Assembly (NCBI GenBank): GCA_014379625.1
Contig: JACMLJ010000072.1
Location: forward strand, 15,184-79,183
Reading direction: 5' to 3'
Length of the DNA stretch: 64,000 bases
Source: Ferruginibacter sp.
GTDB lineage: Bacteria; Bacteroidota; Bacteroidia; Chitinophagales; Chitinophagaceae
Numbering within the stretch: position 1 is the stretch's first letter; the number at the start of each line of letters is the position of its first letter. Positions 1 to 8,804 of the stretch are shown here, piece by piece. The notes below the pieces were generated by a model. The model was not told the DNA's origin. It was given only the letters and a program-made list of their open reading frames with translations, and ran no database searches. Position numbers and translations under genes: made by a program.

Positions 1-56
1 TGCATTCCGGGCTTTAAACCCACAAACGCTATTTCAAATTCCTTTCTTTTTCCCAT
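1..56 (-). CDS. DUF177/YceD-like protein, N-terminal fragment (runs off window start)
   Basis: A minus-strand ATG at 56..54 opens MGKRKEFEIAFVGLKPGM..., with no stop before position 1. The KEFxIxFxGLKxG pattern is recalled from Bacteroidota DUF177 proteins and was not searched. Confidence 0.4.
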   Translation of the reverse strand, partial: MGKRKEFEIAFVGLKPGM

Positions 57-171
57 TACCTCCGGTTTAAAGGACGGCAAAGGTAACGTTTTCAGGATTA
101 ATTCGGGCAATAATTATGGAATCTTTCACCTAAAATTCAAAAGCATTAGGTTTTTTGTTATTTTTAAGCGT

Positions 172-1251
172 ATGAAGCATAAAAAATACTGGATTCTAAT
201 AGCCGTTCTGTCCCTGCTTGCTATACTGATTCACTTATTTTCCTCGAGTTCTGTATGGGTGGAGCATTACTATTCCACGGGCATTTATCCATATATTTCC
301 TTCTTTTTAAGGTTCCTGCTTGGGTGGCTGCCTTTTAGCGTGGGTGATATTTTATATGGTTTGATCTCGCTTTGGTTGCTGATAAAAATAGTAAAGACCG
401 TGCAATCAATTTTTAAAAAACGGTTGTTTTCCAGGGGGCCTGTAATTGTTTTTCAACGGCTGGGGGTTGTACTACTTTTAATTTATATCCTTTTTAATAC
501 GCTCTGGGGGATTAACTACAGCAGAAAAGGCATTGCCAGCCAGTTAGGTTTATCCATTGAAAAATATTCGATAGATGAACTGAAAACATTAAACAGCGTA
601 CTGTTACAAAAAGTGAATGCCATTAATAGCTCGCTTATGCAAAATCCCGCAGGTTTACCGGGGGATAAGGAATTATTCAGCCGGTCGCTTGCCGCGTTTG
701 AAGCCGCAAATAAGCAGTATGCTTTTTTGAATTATCATCCGGCATCTTTAAAAACATCCTTATGGGGATGGCTGGGAAATTACCTCGGCTTCCTGGGTTA
801 TTATAATCCATTTACAGGTGAGGGGCAGGTAAACACCACCGCGCCTAAATTTTTACTGCCTTATACCTCCTGTCACGAAATAGCTCACCAGTTGGGGTAT
901 GCGAAAGAAAATGAAGCCAATTTTGTAGGATACCTCGCAGCGGTTTCTTCTAAAGATGAGTTCTATCACTACTCGGTTTATCTTAATCTTTTTTTGTACG
1001 CCAACAGTAATCTTTTCCATACAGATTCAATTGCCGCGAATGCGTTTGCAAAGAAACTACTTCCTGCGGTAAAGCAAGACCTGAAGGAATGGAGGCAATT
1101 CAGCATCAGCCATAAAAATCCTGTAGAACCTGTTATCCGGTGGTTGTATGGGAAATTTTTAGAGAGTAACCAGCAACCATCCGGTGTGTTAAGTTATGAT
1201 GAGGTTACCGGTTTCATGATTGCTTATTATAAAGCGTACGGAAAGTTGTAA
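172..1251 (+). CDS. DUF3810-like membrane protein with HExxH motif
   Basis: 359-aa ORF with N-terminal TM helices and a HEIAHQLGY zincin-like motif. The overall pattern recalls the DUF3810 family. Confidence 0.7.
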   Translation: MKHKKYWILIAVLSLLAILIHLFSSSSVWVEHYYSTGIYPYISFFLRFLLGWLPFSVGDILYGLISLWLLIKIVKTVQSIFKKRLFSRGPVIVFQRLGVVLLLIYILFNTLWGINYSRKGIASQLGLSIEKYSIDELKTLNSVLLQKVNAINSSLMQNPAGLPGDKELFSRSLAAFEAANKQYAFLNYHPASLKTSLWGWLGNYLGFLGYYNPFTGEGQVNTTAPKFLLPYTSCHEIAHQLGYAKENEANFVGYLAAVSSKDEFYHYSVYLNLFLYANSNLFHTDSIAANAFAKKLLPAVKQDLKEWRQFSISHKNPVEPVIRWLYGKFLESNQQPSGVLSYDEVTGFMIAYYKAYGKL

Positions 1252-1319
1252 GGACTTTGTTGGGATTATATTAGCGTCCCCCTTTTCTTGTTGAAAGCAG
1301 CACAGCTTTTTTCCGGCGT

Positions 1320-1640
1320 CTAGTTAAAAGGTGTGAACTCCGAAAATAATTGTGCTGTTTCTGCTACCTGTCCTACCGGGATAAAATCGCATACTTCGGC
1401 ATATTTCCCCCACATCTTCAATATTTCAGGATTTGTATGGGCTTGTTGTATGGCTGATTTTGATTTCCACTCAAAAACCTCGATGATTGTTCCGTCTTGT
1501 GCTTCCATCATAATGGAAGGACGGTCAGTTACAAGGTCCTGGTTTTTTAACGTCGCAAAATGTTCTCTCATTAATTGGTGCAGGGCTGTGGTTTTACCTT
1601 CTTTTGGTTTGTAGCCTACAATTACAATGCGTTCTTCCAT
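1320..1640 (-). CDS. small ABM / dimeric alpha-beta-barrel-like protein (function uncertain)
   Basis: 106-aa ORF. Its size and the VIVGYKPKEG...EVFEWKSKSA..QAH pattern resemble antibiotic-biosynthesis-monooxygenase-like domains. The antisense ORF 1333..1614 is treated as a shadow. Confidence 0.5.
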   Translation of the reverse strand: MEERIVIVGYKPKEGKTTALHQLMREHFATLKNQDLVTDRPSIMMEAQDGTIIEVFEWKSKSAIQQAHTNPEILKMWGKYAEVCDFIPVGQVAETAQLFSEFTPFN

Positions 1641-1846
1641 AGTAGTTTGATTTGTTGGTTATTTAATCCTAATCAGGCACCTGTATAAAAATGATTTTTT
1701 ACAGCCAGGGATAGATGGTATTGTGTCATTAATCTTTCACCCCCGGTAACGCGAACCATACCAATTTTCCATCCTGGTGTTTCTTCGGAAGGGTATTGGC
1801 AAATTATACTTCCCCAATACCCCAATACAATAATAATAAATCTATA

Positions 1847-2383
1847 CTAAAAACTATTTTTCCACATCATACTTTCAACAGGCTTATTGTGCTGTCCGCT
1901 ATACTTGGCATTTTTCTTCTGGTTATATTTTATTTCGATCACCCCATCCACAGGAAAATAGATCAGTTGGCCGATCGGCATCCCCGCATAAACCCTCACG
2001 GGTTGTTTTACCGAAATTTCAAGTGTCCAATTACCACAAAATCCAACATCGCCCTTACCTGCGGTGGCATGGATGTCAATGCCCAGTCGTCCCGTACTCG
2101 ATTTTCCTTCCAGGAAAGGTACATGAGCATGTGTTTCTGTGTACTCTTCCGTGGCGCCGAGGTAAAATTCCTGTGGTTGCAAAACAAAGCCTTCATCAGG
2201 GATTTCAAAATGTTCGATGGTGTTATGTTTTTTTGCATCCAGTTCTTTATTGGTGTAAGTGGCGAGGGATTTACTCAAATGTACATCGTAACTGTTGCTT
2301 CCCAGGCATTCCCTGCTATAAGGAACTATTTTGATACTACCGTTTTCTATTTCTTCTAAAATTCTTGTGTCGCTCAGGATCAT
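1847..2383 (-). CDS. dcd: dCTP deaminase
   Basis: 178 aa. MILSDTRILEEIENGSIKIVPY... and GRLGIDIHATAG are typical of Dcd. The overlapping + strand ORFs are shadows. Confidence 0.9.
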   Translation of the reverse strand: MILSDTRILEEIENGSIKIVPYSRECLGSNSYDVHLSKSLATYTNKELDAKKHNTIEHFEIPDEGFVLQPQEFYLGATEEYTETHAHVPFLEGKSSTGRLGIDIHATAGKGDVGFCGNWTLEISVKQPVRVYAGMPIGQLIYFPVDGVIEIKYNQKKNAKYSGQHNKPVESMMWKNSF

Positions 2384-2385
2384 GA

Positions 2386-2427
2386 TTGGTTGATGGTTGA
2401 TGATGATGGTTGATGCTTCGGTTGGTT
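2386..2427. repeat. GGTTGAT microsatellite (CA-rich on the dcd sense strand), directly upstream of the dcd start
   Basis: GGTTGAT occurs at 2388-2394, 2395-2401 and 2408-2414, with related GGTTGGTT at 2420-2427. The block begins 3 nt from the dcd ATG (2383). Confidence 0.8.
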
Positions 2428-2568
2428 CTTTAACAGGTTAATTCGTTCTCCCATTAATTCACTAATCCGTAAATTAGCGATTATCTGGTTAGCTAATTCC
2501 TAAATCAGATAGTTAGTGTTGCAAATATTCAATCAAAAATCTACAATCAAAAATCCCTGACCGTTTAC

Positions 2569-3216
2569 ATGCCGCTGGTTTATCAACAAAATATCAACGT
2601 TTCAACGAAATTAGGCGTTTGGCATATAGCCGAGCCGGAAGAGTTTTTTCTGCACCAGGTGCCCCTGCAACGGGAGATTACGCATCCCAATAAAAGGCTG
2701 CAACACTTGGCCGGGCGGTATTTGTTAAAGGAATTATATCCTGATTTTCCATATGAACTGATAAGGATTGCAGGTACCCGCAAGCCTTTTTTAGAGAACG
2801 AAGCCTATCATTTTTCTATATCTCATTGCGGCGCTTATGCTGCGGTAATTGCAGGTACACATCATCGGGTAGGGGTAGACGTGGAATTGATCTCCGGTAA
2901 GGTAGATTACGTAAAACATAAATTTTTATCTGAAAAAGAACAACAGTTATTGAAGGGGGTACCTTTGATGCCCTGGCCTGTTTTCAATGATAAATTATTA
3001 ACTGCCGCCTGGAGCATTAAAGAAACGCTTTATAAATGGCAGGGTAGCAGTGAGGTTGATTTTAAAAAACACCTGGTTATCGTTGATATCATTGTACGGG
3101 AGAATGAAGGAGTGGCCAACTGTACCCTATTAAAGGATGGATTTATTGATTTACCTGTTCATTTTTTATTCTTTAATGAAAACTGCATTTCATGGGTGCT
3201 AAGCGAAGTTTTTTAA
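2569..3216 (+). CDS. 4'-phosphopantetheinyl transferase (Sfp-type)
   Basis: 215 aa with the GVDVE and WSIKETLYKW motifs characteristic of PPTases. Confidence 0.8.
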   Translation: MPLVYQQNINVSTKLGVWHIAEPEEFFLHQVPLQREITHPNKRLQHLAGRYLLKELYPDFPYELIRIAGTRKPFLENEAYHFSISHCGAYAAVIAGTHHRVGVDVELISGKVDYVKHKFLSEKEQQLLKGVPLMPWPVFNDKLLTAAWSIKETLYKWQGSSEVDFKKHLVIVDIIVRENEGVANCTLLKDGFIDLPVHFLFFNENCISWVLSEVF

Positions 3217-4011
3217 AGGATGGATAAGGGCTAAATAAATCGGAGCGATTAAAACTAAAGGAAGAGCCTGGATGTCAAATATGAAAATGAGAAAATTTGA
3301 AAATGGCTCAATCCCGGCGCGAGACAATACATCAAAAAAATGGGAATTTATTGTCAGTTTACTACCGTCCGCCATGTCGGCCCTGGTACGCTCAACAGTT
3401 ACAGGTTTTTACAGGCAGTTTTGTCCACAGGTAGTGAATGGCATATTTTCAAAAATAATTGTTTGCCTCGATAACAATTATTTATTTAAATCTCCGGTAT
3501 CTGCCAAAATATGCCGACTCATGTATAATGCCGTCATATTCACCCGCAATTAATAATTGGGATCTACTTCCGAAAAATATAGAAAAAAAGCAGATTTTAT
3601 TTAGCCGGGGTAATCCATTGATAACCTTTTGTTGAAATGGATTATTTATTTTTTTTATTAACTTTAATTCGGATTTACTATTATCAAAAAGCCATTGGAA
3701 CGCAGAAGCCACTCCGTTTTGTAGACATAAGATGATTTAATTAAATTCTAAAGAAAAGTTAAATCCGCTGCTAAACTGTTTACGTATCTGAAAAAGCATA
3801 TTTGAAAATTGAGTTATTTCCTGCAGGGATAACTTATTCAATGATCCTGCAAAAAGCCATAATTTCTGCGTTACTCCTTACCCATACAGGGAAAGCCCAA
3901 CAATTTTTAGCCCGTTTCCTCTCGTAAACTTTATTGCCCTGGTGCCATGATTGCTTTTTTACACCTGTTATAAACTTCGTATTTCAATTATCATTATTAA
4001 AAAAATCGTTT

Positions 4012-6129
4012 ATGAAAAGAAAAATTTATGCTGCATTTATGCTGTTTTTAATGACAACACAAATAACGTTGCCGGCATTTGCCTCTTCTCATCGGGAAGC
4101 GCCACTAATTGCCGACGATCCTTTGGCTGATAATACGGATGTGTATGCTTTTCGCAGTCCGGATAATCCCAACAAGATCACGATCATTGCCAATTATGTA
4201 CCAGGTCAGTTACCCCAGGGCGGACCAAACTATTATTCCTTTGGTGAAAATATCCGTTATGAAATACATATTGATAATAACATTGCTACAAAAGGCGATG
4301 ATATTGTTTATCGCTTCACCTTCCAAAAGAAGAATGAAGACCCTACCACTTTTTTCAATATCAGGCTTGGTAAACAAAATTTAAAAACTACCTATATCAT
4401 GGAAAGAAGCATGGACGGTGGTAAAAACTTTAAAACAGTGGTCTATAACGGAATGGTTCCTCCACCCAATATTGGCCCTCGCTCCATCAGTTCGCCAGTT
4501 GGTTTAAACACCCCCGATTACAACACCCTTATCAATAAGGCTATTACCACTTCCATCACGGGTGAAAAGGTATTTTGTGGTACGGCTGATGATCCCTTTT
4601 TTGTTGATCTTGGAGGTATTTTTGACGTGGGCGATGCCCCCCGTGCCGTTCGTAAGCCAGTTGATGGGTTAAAATGCCTGAATGTATCGAGTATTGTTCT
4701 GCAGGTAGATATTTCTACACTTCAAAAAGATCATAAACCTGTAAGTGCTGCGTCAAACATTCTTGATCCCAACTACGTGATCGGTGTTTGGGCAAGTGCA
4801 AGCAGGCAACAGATAAAGATATTGAACGATATTGATGCTGATTACATCGGCAAACTTAATCCCAATCCCGAAAGGCAGTTTGATTTTTCTTTAAATTTAG
4901 GCAAGTGGATACAGGTATCCAGGTTGGGTATGCCATTAACCAATGAAGTGATTGTACCGATCGGTTACAAAGATCTGTGGAATGCATTAACCCCTTATGA
5001 AGATCTTACTGCCATTAAATTATTCGGAAATTATTTTTACAATCCCGAACTGGCACTTTACATGGATGATGCCAAATTTGGCGGGGCAGTACCTGCATTT
5101 AAACCCTTGCGTATACAAAAAAATTCGTTGGGCGCATTTGGTTTTGGAAACGGGCAGAGCGGGTTATTTTCTTTAAAAGGCACTTCCGGCGTAGTAGGTA
5201 CGGCATTGGATGATGCCATTTTTGGCACTTTATTATTGCCTGCAAACGGTTCTCCGCGCTCGGTAGATTTATGGCCTATCTTCCACACGGGTGTACCTAA
5301 TTTAGCTCCCTACCAGTTGGCAACAGGTAAGCCTGCGGGGAATCCATTGGCAAAGGGCAAGCCATTTATCAATAATTTTCTGCCCAACGGGGGAGATATG
5401 CTGCGTTTAAATATGGCGGTTCCGCCAACGCCACGGGAGAGCAAGGATTTCAGTTCTTTAGGCCTGGTTCAGGCTGCTGTAACAGGTTTACTCGATCCTG
5501 CATATGCTAACACCAATATTCAGAATATTCCAAATATGGATGGTTTTCCCAACGGGAGAAGACTGGAAGATGATGTTACCCGTATTGAATTGCAGGCCGT
5601 GGGTGGGATTGTATTAGCAGCTATTGGTTTGTGGTATGACGATTATATCCTTAACGGAAGTCCGGTTACCCCCAAGCTACTGAATGTATTGGGTTATTCT
5701 ACACGTGTTGAGAAGAATGATGCCCCGTTTAAAAAAGCATTTCCTTACCTGGCTACTCCCTGGCCCGGATCGCATGTTTGTGATTGCGATGCTGTAGCCG
5801 GTAAGTCATCAGAAACTGCAAATATGGGTAGTTACACAAAGGTTTTCGAGGGGCTGGCACTTGCTGCGCCGGAGGTAATGGCAACTACTTCACCTAACCC
5901 GGTTGTGGAAAGCAGCAACATCCGTTACAGGGTAGATGACGCGGCCCAAATAAATATATCCCTGTACGATGTAAACGGCCGCCAGTTAAAAGTATTGGTG
6001 AATAAAACAGTAAAACCAGGTACTTATAATCAAACCTGGAATGGCAGCGATTTGATCAAGGGAGTTTATTTTATTAAAGTAGCAAAGGATGGTGTGGTTA
6101 AACAAAGCTTACGCGTAGTGAAAGGTTAA
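4012..6129 (+). CDS. secreted DUF4331 domain protein with T9SS C-terminal sorting domain
   Basis: The ORF track gives 3934..6129 (TTG). The likely true start is ATG 4012 (MKRKIYAAFMLFL..., signal peptide ending PAFA|SSH). SSHREAPLIADDPLADNTDVYAF is the hallmark DUF4331 N-terminus. The last ~75 aa (INISLYDVNGRQL..GVYFIKV) fit the Por_Secre_tail pattern. Confidence 0.85.
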   Translation: MKRKIYAAFMLFLMTTQITLPAFASSHREAPLIADDPLADNTDVYAFRSPDNPNKITIIANYVPGQLPQGGPNYYSFGENIRYEIHIDNNIATKGDDIVYRFTFQKKNEDPTTFFNIRLGKQNLKTTYIMERSMDGGKNFKTVVYNGMVPPPNIGPRSISSPVGLNTPDYNTLINKAITTSITGEKVFCGTADDPFFVDLGGIFDVGDAPRAVRKPVDGLKCLNVSSIVLQVDISTLQKDHKPVSAASNILDPNYVIGVWASASRQQIKILNDIDADYIGKLNPNPERQFDFSLNLGKWIQVSRLGMPLTNEVIVPIGYKDLWNALTPYEDLTAIKLFGNYFYNPELALYMDDAKFGGAVPAFKPLRIQKNSLGAFGFGNGQSGLFSLKGTSGVVGTALDDAIFGTLLLPANGSPRSVDLWPIFHTGVPNLAPYQLATGKPAGNPLAKGKPFINNFLPNGGDMLRLNMAVPPTPRESKDFSSLGLVQAAVTGLLDPAYANTNIQNIPNMDGFPNGRRLEDDVTRIELQAVGGIVLAAIGLWYDDYILNGSPVTPKLLNVLGYSTRVEKNDAPFKKAFPYLATPWPGSHVCDCDAVAGKSSETANMGSYTKVFEGLALAAPEVMATTSPNPVVESSNIRYRVDDAAQINISLYDVNGRQLKVLVNKTVKPGTYNQTWNGSDLIKGVYFIKVAKDGVVKQSLRVVKG

Positions 6130-6155
6130 CGGAGTGGTTGAAAAACCCTAAATGA

Positions 6156-6190
6156 AATAAGTCCGTCTTCAAAAAGCGGACTTATTTTGC
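6156..6190 (+). terminator. hairpin plus short T-run after the DUF4331 gene
   Basis: AATAAGTCCG (6156-6165) pairs with CGGACTTATT (6177-6186) and is followed by TT. Confidence 0.55.
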
Positions 6191-6308
6191 TCAAAAAAAT
6201 CGCTTACCCATTATATATTAACACGTATTATTTATTTTTGACTGGGTGGGGGTAGTAGGATTTAACCTGACATCCATTGGTTTTTAATTTCAAAAAAATC
6301 ACCTTAAC

Positions 6309-7655
6309 ATGAAAAAGAATGTATTGTACGCTGCATTATTGGTTTTATTTATCGGCGCTGCAGGCTTTGTTGTTATAAAATTCAGGGGAAATGAAACTAA
6401 GCGAAAAAGCGCTGCGTATGAATTGTTGCCCAGGAAGGGGAAATTATCGGAAACGGATGAATGGGCCAATACACAAAAAGGCGCATACAGGTTATTAACC
6501 GCCATAAAAGCAAATGCCGGGGATATTAAATCGATGATTGCGCTGGCTAATTTATTTATACTGGAAGCAAGGGCAACCGGCAATTACCAGTATTATGATA
6601 AGGCTGCGATGAAATATGTAAATGATGTACTGGAAAAAGAACCCGGTAATTTTGAAGCACTGACTTTACAATCACTTTTGTACCTGTCGCAGCACCATTT
6701 TGCAGAAGGGCTGGCAATAGCGGAAAGAGCGGAAAAAATAAATCCTTATAATGCATTCTTATATGGAATTTTGGTAGATGGGAATGTTGAAATGGGGAAT
6801 TATGAAGCCGCTGTGATGAATGCGGAAAAGATGATGTCGATCAGGCCCGACCTGCGTTCTTATGCACGTGCGTCCTATCTTCGGGAAATACATGGCGATT
6901 ACCCCGGGGCAATTGAAGCGATGAAACTGGCTATCGATGCAGGAATGCCCGGTGATGAAGCAACAGAATGGTCAAGGGTCCAGTTGGGGCATTTATATGA
7001 AAACACAGGTGACCTGAAAAATGCGGAAATAAATTATTCCACCGCATTAAATGAAAGACCCGGCTTTGTGCATGCAATGGCAGGTATGGCCCGGATAGCT
7101 TTAGCTGCAAAGGATTATAACAAGGCCATCGCTTTTTACCTGCAGGCTGATTCATTAGTGAATGATTTTTCCTTTAAAGAAGAACTGGTGGATGTGTACC
7201 AATTGGCCGGGCAAAAGGACAAAGCGGCTTTTACGGCAAAAATGGTAATTGCGGAGATGAATAAAAATGCGGTAGCATCAGCATCTGATGAAAGTATTGG
7301 TCATTATGCCGACAGGGAATTGGCCTATGCTTATATTAAGATAAATGATTTTGACAAAGCCCTGCAGCACGCCCTGGCGGAATATAACCGCAGGCCTGAA
7401 AATATAGACGTAAACGAAACCCTGGCATGGGTATACTATAATAAGGGGGATTTTGCAAAAGCCCTGCCCCGTATCCGGGTGGCATTAAAAACAAATAGCA
7501 AAAATCCTGTGCTGCTTTGCAGGGCCGGGTTGATTTATGAAAAGGCGGGTGAGCAATTAAAAGCGAAGGAATACCTGGAACAGGCATTTAAAAATAATGC
7601 AAATATACCGGAAGGTTTAAAACAAAGCGGTGAGGATGCACTCAAAAAAATATAA
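6309..7655 (+). CDS. membrane-anchored tetratricopeptide (TPR) repeat protein
   Basis: 448 aa with an N-terminal TM (LYAALLVLFIGAAGFVVI). Repeated 34-aa A/Y/L-patterned helices (..YDKAAMKY.., ..NYEAAVMN.., ..DLKNAEINY.., ..DYNKAIAFY.., ..DFDKALQHA.., ..DFAKALPRI..) indicate TPRs. Confidence 0.8.
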   Translation: MKKNVLYAALLVLFIGAAGFVVIKFRGNETKRKSAAYELLPRKGKLSETDEWANTQKGAYRLLTAIKANAGDIKSMIALANLFILEARATGNYQYYDKAAMKYVNDVLEKEPGNFEALTLQSLLYLSQHHFAEGLAIAERAEKINPYNAFLYGILVDGNVEMGNYEAAVMNAEKMMSIRPDLRSYARASYLREIHGDYPGAIEAMKLAIDAGMPGDEATEWSRVQLGHLYENTGDLKNAEINYSTALNERPGFVHAMAGMARIALAAKDYNKAIAFYLQADSLVNDFSFKEELVDVYQLAGQKDKAAFTAKMVIAEMNKNAVASASDESIGHYADRELAYAYIKINDFDKALQHALAEYNRRPENIDVNETLAWVYYNKGDFAKALPRIRVALKTNSKNPVLLCRAGLIYEKAGEQLKAKEYLEQAFKNNANIPEGLKQSGEDALKKI

Positions 7656-8358
7656 GGACGTTGGTTTCGTTTTCATCTCACGAAATGAGACCGGCAATTC
7701 TTTAAAAAAATTATTGCTGTTAACTGTTTTCGTATGTTTGTCGCATTTGCTTTTTGCCCATAGTATCAATTACGCACTGGAAGATGCACCCGTAAATGAA
7801 GTAGTGTGGTTTTATTTGACCCTGGGGTTTAAACATATCATTCCATCGGGTATAGATCATATATTGTTTGTAGCGGGCCTTTGTTTGCTGGGCACGAATA
7901 TTAAAACGATCTTCTGGCAGGCTACAGCATTTACGGTGGCACATTCCATTACACTGGCCCTGAGCATGAAGGGTATTATAGTGGCGCCGGGCGCCGTTGT
8001 AGAACCAATCATCGCTTTATCCATTGTATTTGTGGCGATAGAAAATATGTTACTTACTGAGCTAAAGCCCTGGAGGGTAATGGTGGTTTTTCTTTTTGGG
8101 TTGATCCATGGAATGGGCTTTGCCAGTGCGCTAAATGAAATAGGGTTACCGGTGGGTAAATTTTATACTTCTGTAATTGCCTTTAACCTTGGTGTTGAAC
8201 TGGGGCAGGTAGCGGTTATCCTGGCAATGTTCGGATGTATCATTATTCCGTTTAGAAACCGCTCCTGGTACAGGAAAGGGGTGGTTTATCCTTTATCCGC
8301 CCTTATTGCCGTTGTTGCTTTATACTGGACGGTGCAAAGGATATTTTTTACCGGTTAG
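7630..8358 (+). CDS. HupE/UreJ family metal (Ni/Co-type) permease
   Basis: 242 aa. The start is GTG 7630 or ATG 7636 and overlaps the TPR stop. There is a signal-like N-terminus (LLFA|HSINY), the motif GFKHIIPSGIDHILFVAGL, and multiple TM helices typical of HupE_UreJ. Confidence 0.8.
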   Translation: MRMHSKKYKDVGFVFISRNETGNSLKKLLLLTVFVCLSHLLFAHSINYALEDAPVNEVVWFYLTLGFKHIIPSGIDHILFVAGLCLLGTNIKTIFWQATAFTVAHSITLALSMKGIIVAPGAVVEPIIALSIVFVAIENMLLTELKPWRVMVVFLFGLIHGMGFASALNEIGLPVGKFYTSVIAFNLGVELGQVAVILAMFGCIIIPFRNRSWYRKGVVYPLSALIAVVALYWTVQRIFFTG

Positions 8359-8380
8359 TTCTGCTGCCGGGTTGAATACC

Positions 8381-8424
8381 GCACATAAAAAAACCTTTCC
8401 ATCCGGAAAGGTTTTTTTATGTGC
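8381..8424. terminator. 44-nt perfect palindrome, bidirectional terminator between hupE-like gene and tRNA-Leu
   Basis: GCACATAAAAAAACCTTTCC atcc GGAAAGGTTTTTTTATGTGC. A- and T-runs flank the GC core in both orientations, and the last 3 nt overlap the tRNA 3' end. Confidence 0.75.
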
Positions 8425-8505
8425 GGCAAAGGAGATTCGAACTCCCACACCCTTTCGGGCGCTACCACCTCAAAGTAGTGCGTCTACCAATTTCGCCATC
8501 GCCGC
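8422..8505 (-). tRNA. tRNA-Leu (anticodon GAG)
   Basis: Hand-folded. There is a 7-bp acceptor stem (GCGGCGA/TTTGCCGC) and a D-arm GCG..CGC. The anticodon stem is CTACT/GGTAG with loop TTGAGGT. It has a long variable arm, a T-loop GGGAGTTCGAATCTCC and discriminator A. CCA is not encoded. Confidence 0.85.
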
Positions 8506-8610
8506 ATTCATAAACAGTAATTAGCTGGTATGCTAATTATTGTGAGGACTGCAAATGTAAAAATTTTAGCGTAATAAAAATCAAAATGGTAAATATATGG
8601 TATCCGGTCG

Positions 8611-8672
8611 GTAGGAACAGGCCGCTGTAGGAACAGGCCGCTGTAGGAACAGGCCGCGGCCTGTTCCTACAG
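8611..8672. repeat. 3 tandem 16-bp direct repeats ending in a 32-nt perfect palindrome
   Basis: GTAGGAACAGGCCGCT occurs at 8611-8626 and 8627-8642, with a third copy from 8643. An inverted copy GGCCTGTTCCTACAG then follows, so 8641-8672 is a perfect palindrome. Confidence 0.9.
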
Positions 8673-8804
8673 GCAAAAAATTATTACAACCATTTTCATT
8701 TTATTGAAAACCGGCTCAATTTATGTAAACCTCCTGGTTATTACATCTTTACCCCTGCTGTTAAAATACTTCTTCAACAAATTGTACCTTGTAAATAAAA
8801 CCGG

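Noticed and set aside
3272-3712. ORFs 3272..3553 (+) and 3482..3712 (-) as genes in the gene-less tract.
   Set aside because: They overlap each other and have atypical composition. No signal, TM or family motif is recognisable. I treat the tract as non-coding or decayed, pending searches.
3690-3725. B12-box-like string (AGAAGCCACTCCG) suggesting a cobalamin riboswitch ahead of the HupE-containing module.
   Set aside because: It is only a partial match to the GCCACTG box. The surrounding sequence lacks the G-rich conserved helices of cobalamin riboswitches, and it lies over 250 nt from the gene start. This needs Infernal to revisit.
3934-8505. Idea that the DUF4331-TPR-HupE block is a genomic island integrated at the 3' end of tRNA-Leu. 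The same idea was considered for the 33303-36545 block next to tRNA-Glu.
   Set aside because: There is no integrase. I found no direct repeat of the tRNA 3' end at the far boundary. For tRNA-Glu the block lies on the 5' side of the tRNA.
8611-8672. Possible mini CRISPR array, given the regularly repeated 16-mers.
   Set aside because: The repeats are contiguous with no spacers. The unit is far shorter than CRISPR repeats. No cas genes are nearby.
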